A DNA stretch of 64,000 nucleotides from positions 58,512 through 122,511 of the forward strand of contig JAHDYR010000050.1 in the NCBI GenBank assembly GCA_019828565.1, read 5' to 3'. Every line of letters begins with the position of its first letter. The stretch's first letter is position 1. Positions 59,673-64,000 of this stretch are shown here, piece after piece. This DNA comes from Carpediemonas membranifera BICM (lineage: Eukaryota; Protista; Fornicata). The notes under the pieces are model-generated. The model ran no database searches. It was not told where the DNA came from and worked only from the letters and a program-made list of their open reading frames with translations. The position numbers and the translations under genes were made by a program.

Positions 59673-60977
59673 ATGGTGTTCGAGCTAGATAGCGACAAGC
59701 TGGAGCGACTTACTTCCTTACCTGGTAATAGTAGACAATATCTGCACGACTTTGAACCTGAAAAGCTGCAGGTCGTGATCAAAGTTGATGAGCATTATGG
59801 TATGGAGGTTCCCACCCTGCTAGCGCTCAAGGACAGTCCGCATGTCCTCCCTGTCGTCGATACAGGTTTTGTCGACCGTGATCCAGCCTTCATGGCTCCT
59901 TTGGTCAACTGTACCCCCTTCGCTGGCATCTGCAAGGCTCACTCCAGCGTGCAGTTCCGCTATGTTTCGCATCTGCTGCAGGCAGTATGCTACATGCATG
60001 ACCACGGGGTTGTCCATTGCGATATTAAGCCAGACAACTTCCTCTTCAGCAAGAGTCAGAAGGGATACCTCATTGATTTTGGGTCTGCAATGAGGAAGCC
60101 GGCTAATGGCGACGACAGGTGGGCCATACAACTGAGATTCGCATCCGAGTATCGCGGCACCCATGGATATTTGCCCCCAGAGCTTTTCTACGAGTACCTT
60201 GTCTCGCGCTCAGTGATTCCTGCTGCACGCGACACCTCCAAGCTCGCGCGCATGACGGCAGGGGCTCTTTCCGTCACTTCTTATGTCGTGACACCTGCAT
60301 CGGACATTTACTCTTGCGGTATTGTCATTATGATGCTCGTTAACGGTCTCTCTAAGTCCCCCTTTGCCGCGAAGGTGACTGACATGGGTGCAAACATGGC
60401 GCAGATCGACAACAAGAAGAAGAAGAAGATGCTGAAGCTTGGTAGCTTGCTGAACTGGTGCCAATTCTATGGTGGGCAGTTGCAGTTGTCACCTCAGGCA
60501 CAGACACATTTCAAAGATTTCCTCGAGTGTGTCAATGTGAACTCTGAGCTCCCGATTCGCGGCACCACGCCACCTACTTGTCTCAGCCTGTACGACCTGG
60601 CAATGCAGATGCTCCACTTCGACCCTGCGAAGCGTCCCACTGCTGCCGAATGTCTTGAAAAGCTCAAGGTCATCATGCGCGTGCATGAATGCGTCGCCAA
60701 GCCGAGTCCGCTTCTGTTAGATGATACAGAAGAGGTCACCCTGTCTGCAGCTCAGCGAAAGAGACTGACCGACTGCTGTCAGCGAGGGTTTGAGGGTCAA
60801 GTCTTCTATCGGCGCTGCATAGTGTGTGGTAGAGACCTTCATGGACGCGAGAACGTCAGCTGTGACACATGCCACAAGGGATACAGGCAGGTGAGCACCA
60901 ATAAGTGCGCAAAAGGTGTGCGCGGAAGACTGCACAGGCAGTTTATTGCAATGATTGAGCGGACGAAAAGAGATTGA
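59673..60977 (+). CDS. Ser/Thr protein kinase with C-terminal C4 zinc finger
   Basis: VVIK, HCDIKPDNFLF, IDFG, GTHGYLPPE, DIYSCG, RPTA; CIVC..CDTC. No glycine-rich loop visible. Confidence 0.93.
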   Translation: MVFELDSDKLERLTSLPGNSRQYLHDFEPEKLQVVIKVDEHYGMEVPTLLALKDSPHVLPVVDTGFVDRDPAFMAPLVNCTPFAGICKAHSSVQFRYVSHLLQAVCYMHDHGVVHCDIKPDNFLFSKSQKGYLIDFGSAMRKPANGDDRWAIQLRFASEYRGTHGYLPPELFYEYLVSRSVIPAARDTSKLARMTAGALSVTSYVVTPASDIYSCGIVIMMLVNGLSKSPFAAKVTDMGANMAQIDNKKKKKMLKLGSLLNWCQFYGGQLQLSPQAQTHFKDFLECVNVNSELPIRGTTPPTCLSLYDLAMQMLHFDPAKRPTAAECLEKLKVIMRVHECVAKPSPLLLDDTEEVTLSAAQRKRLTDCCQRGFEGQVFYRRCIVCGRDLHGRENVSCDTCHKGYRQVSTNKCAKGVRGRLHRQFIAMIERTKRD

Positions 60978-61091
60978 TACTTTCTGTGATGCAGGAATGA
61001 GATCAATGCTGCTGACAGGTCTCGAGATGGCAGAGGTGCTGGAGAAGAGAGCGCAGAAAAGGCATCAGAAGTAAATGTCCTAAGGAGATGT

Positions 61092-64000
61092 AACAGAAGT
61101 AGCAAGCAATGTTTAATAACGTATGAACAGTCCTTTTGATGTTGTTTAGTGATTTTGTGCATTAACGACCGAGAACAGTGGAGTGCAACGCAGATGTTGG
61201 TTATTGATGGTAGATGGCGCGCTTTTGACGACAGCTGGTTGCTTTTGCAGTATAAAGAACCGCATAGCTGCCACTAGTTCCTTCCAATAATGCTTTCCCG
61301 CCATTTTGAGGTTGGAATGAAATTCCAAGCACCGTGCACTTTATGTAATTGCCCAATATCAACGCCACCCCCGCCCCCAGCGCCTCCACGCCCCACGCCA
61401 ACGCCACCTCCGCCCCCTGGCGCTCAGTTCAGGAGATGTCCGGTCGATAAGCCATAAACTGCACGGATCCACAAACGTGGATTGGCCTGAACGACAGCGC
61501 TGAGGCCCAAACAGGTGGTGAGACATTAAAAAGACTCATTTGCAATCCATTTACTCAGTCCTCACCCTCTTACCACTTGTCTCGATCTCTGAATCATCCT
61601 CTATTGTGTTGTCCGCATGCTTCTGCTTTTCGGGCGACTCATGGGTCACCGCCGCGGTTTGTCCGAGACCAAATGCCATTCTTGCAAACGCCATAAGGTC
61701 TGGCGGGAATGTACTGCTTGTCGTCAGAGCATTGTAGATCTCAGGACGGATATCTTTCGCCGTTGAGTAAACCATGCACAGATGACTGTGAACAATGAGG
61801 GTGCTCAAGCCCCTGACTGTATCGTTATCCTTCGGGATCATTCGGTTCTTCAGCAAGGAAGTGAAGTCGGCGAAGTGGATGATGATGACACCAATGATGT
61901 TGTGGAACTTTGACATCATGCTTTCTGTCTCACCCATCAGTTTCAGACGCTCCACAACGTTGTTGTAGAAGGGGGTCTTCGTTATGTTAAGGCGTGTGGA
62001 AAGTGCACCTTGCTTGTTCGCCTGGACAAAGATCCTCTGCTGCTGAAGAGCCACTGAGAGCAGGGCGTCGCTGGGGGCCACGTTTTCGTTATACTTAATC
62101 TTCTGGCTTGACAAACAGTCGTAGAGACAAAGCTGGTAAGCAATCCAGGCCCGAATAACTCGGACGTTGTTCTCCTGGAATGAGTGTTCCAGCTCGTGAA
62201 GGGTCGACTCACTGGCGTTGAAACCATCCATCCCAGAGATATCGATGGTAATGGCAGAGTTTTTCGGCACGCTGCGAATCCACGTTTCAAGGCTTGTCTC
62301 TTCCTGGCGGCTGAGGTTCTTGAGTGGTACGATGACCTGCTGTTGTGTCGGGGCAGGCGTACCAGCGCGTCGCGGCGCCAGCTGTCCCACTTCTTTGTCT
62401 GCACCTTCTTCTTCGCAGACTTGGTGGTCTTGGGCTGAAGCTTGGATGCAGGCTTGGCGGTTTCTCCTACCGCGACAGGCACATCTTCAATGGGCTCTTG
62501 GGGAATCTCCGCCAGGAGATCTAGCTCTTTCATGATAGACGGGCTGTCGGCGAAGAGATCGCGCAAGAAACGGTCGAATGCTCTGTCAAACTCACCAGAA
62601 ATGACCGCGGCGATATTTCGGGCCTGTCTGTTGTTTCTTTCTGATGGGACAGCGCCACAAGTAAGCTCAATAGCAGCAATAAGCTGCTGCAAATGCAGTT
62701 CTGACTCCAGAGTGTCCATTGCTGCATAAGCTGCACATGAATCCAGCCTGGTCGATTCCTTCACGCGGCAGACAAGAAGAGAGACGTGCCAGGCATGGCA
62801 CTCTCTCTGGCAATGGCAAGTCTTCAACGGGAAGCCGCGAACGCCTCGTTGATCTGTCTTGGCATTTGTTGAGGACAACACAGCTGTAAACGACAATAAG
62901 ATGAAACAGAAGTAGCAAGCAATGTTTAATAACGTATGAACAGTCCTTTTGATGTTGTTTAGTGATTTTGTGCATTAACGACCGAGAACAGTGGAGTGCA
63001 ACGCAGATGTTGGTTATTGATGGTAGATGGCGCGCTTTTGACGACAGCTGGTTGCTTTTGCAGTATAAAGAACCGCATAGCTGCCACTAGTTCCTTCCAA
63101 TAATGCTTTCCCGCCATTTTGAGGTTGGAATGAAATTCCAAGCACCGTGCACTTTATGTAATTGCCCAATATCAACGCCACCCCCGCCCCCAGCGCCTCC
63201 ACGCCCCACGCCAACGCCACCTCCGCCCCCTGGCGCTCAGTTCAGGAGATGTCCGGTCGATAAGCCATAAACTGCACGGATCCACAAACGTGGATTGGCC
63301 TGAACGACAGCGCTGAGGCCCAAACAGGTGGTGAGACATTAAAAAGACTCATTTGCAATCCATTTACTCAGTCCTCACCCTCTTACCACTTGTCTCGATC
63401 TCTGAATCATCCTCTATTGTGTTGTCCGCATGCTTCTGCTTTTCGGGCGACTCATGGGTCACCGCCGCGGTTTGTCCGAGACCAAATGCCATTCTTGCAA
63501 ACGCCATAAGGTCTGGCGGGAATGTACTGCTTGTCGTCAGAGCATTGTAGATCTCAGGACGGATATCTTTCGCCGTTGAGTAAACCATGCACAGATGACT
63601 GTGAACAATGAGGGTGCTCAAGCCCCTGACTGTATCGTTATCCTTCGGGATCATTCGGTTCTTCAGCAAGGAAGTGAAGTCGGCGAAGTGGATGATGATG
63701 ACACCAATGATGTTGTGGAACTTTGACATCATGCTTTCTGTCTCACCCATCAGTTTCAGACGCTCCACAACGTTGTTGTAGAAGGGGGTCTTCGTTATGT
63801 TAAGGCGTGTGGAAAGTGCACCTTGCTTGTTCGCCTGGACAAAGATCCTCTGCTGCTGAAGAGCCACTGAGAGCAGGGCGTCGCTGGGGGCCACGTTTTC
63901 GTTATACTTAATCTTCTGGCTTGACAAACAGTCGTAGAGACAAAGCTGGTAAGCAATCCAGGCCCGAATAACTCGGACGTTGTTCTCCTGGAATGAGTGT
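61092..64000. repeat. Tandem repeat, 1813-bp unit (1.6 copies in window)
   Basis: Sequence from 61092 recurs from 62905. Confidence 0.96.
61551..62896 (-). CDS. Hypothetical protein, split by one frameshift near 62390; repeated from 63364
   Basis: ORFs 61982-62896 and 61551-62390 overlap; basic NLS-like segments; no recognised domain. Confidence 0.55.

Noticed and set aside
1-64000. Species assignment (the RCC1-like family recalls Carpediemonas-like metamonads)
   Set aside because: An impression only; there are no marker genes in the window.

Overview
Eukaryotic, nearly intron-free, protist-like DNA that is almost entirely mobile or accessory sequence. (1) 1-6573: a tandem-PHD gene, an RCC1-like gene and a RAG1/Transib-type DDE transposase gene, ending in an RSS-heptamer-like terminus (CACAGTG read inward from 6573) with subterminal inverted repeats. 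(2) 6674-36118: a nest of six Ty3/gypsy (chromovirus-type) LTR elements, all on the minus strand. They have very short LTRs, resolvable TSDs and palindromes where a tRNA PBS is expected; one copy (12532-16958) is intact. (3) A 10.6-kb plus-strand LINE (24322-34950, 18-bp TSD, (TTTC)n tail) inserted in the nest; its 5' half encodes a Maelstrom/arenavirus-NP-type DEDDh nuclease. (4) 37134-64000: a second, convergent paralog of the transposase, a ~1233-bp x ~7 tandem array of a Swt1-like HEPN gene, and a compact cluster of RCC1-like, SET, chromodomain, OTU, degenerate tyrosine-recombinase-like and kinase genes, followed by the start of a 1813-bp tandem repeat. The best candidates for undescribed systems are a large RAG1/Transib-like transposon with chromatin-modifier cargo and a Maelstrom-carrying LINE. 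All protein-family calls are by visual motif recognition, not database search. Many frameshifts lie in homopolymers and may be long-read errors.
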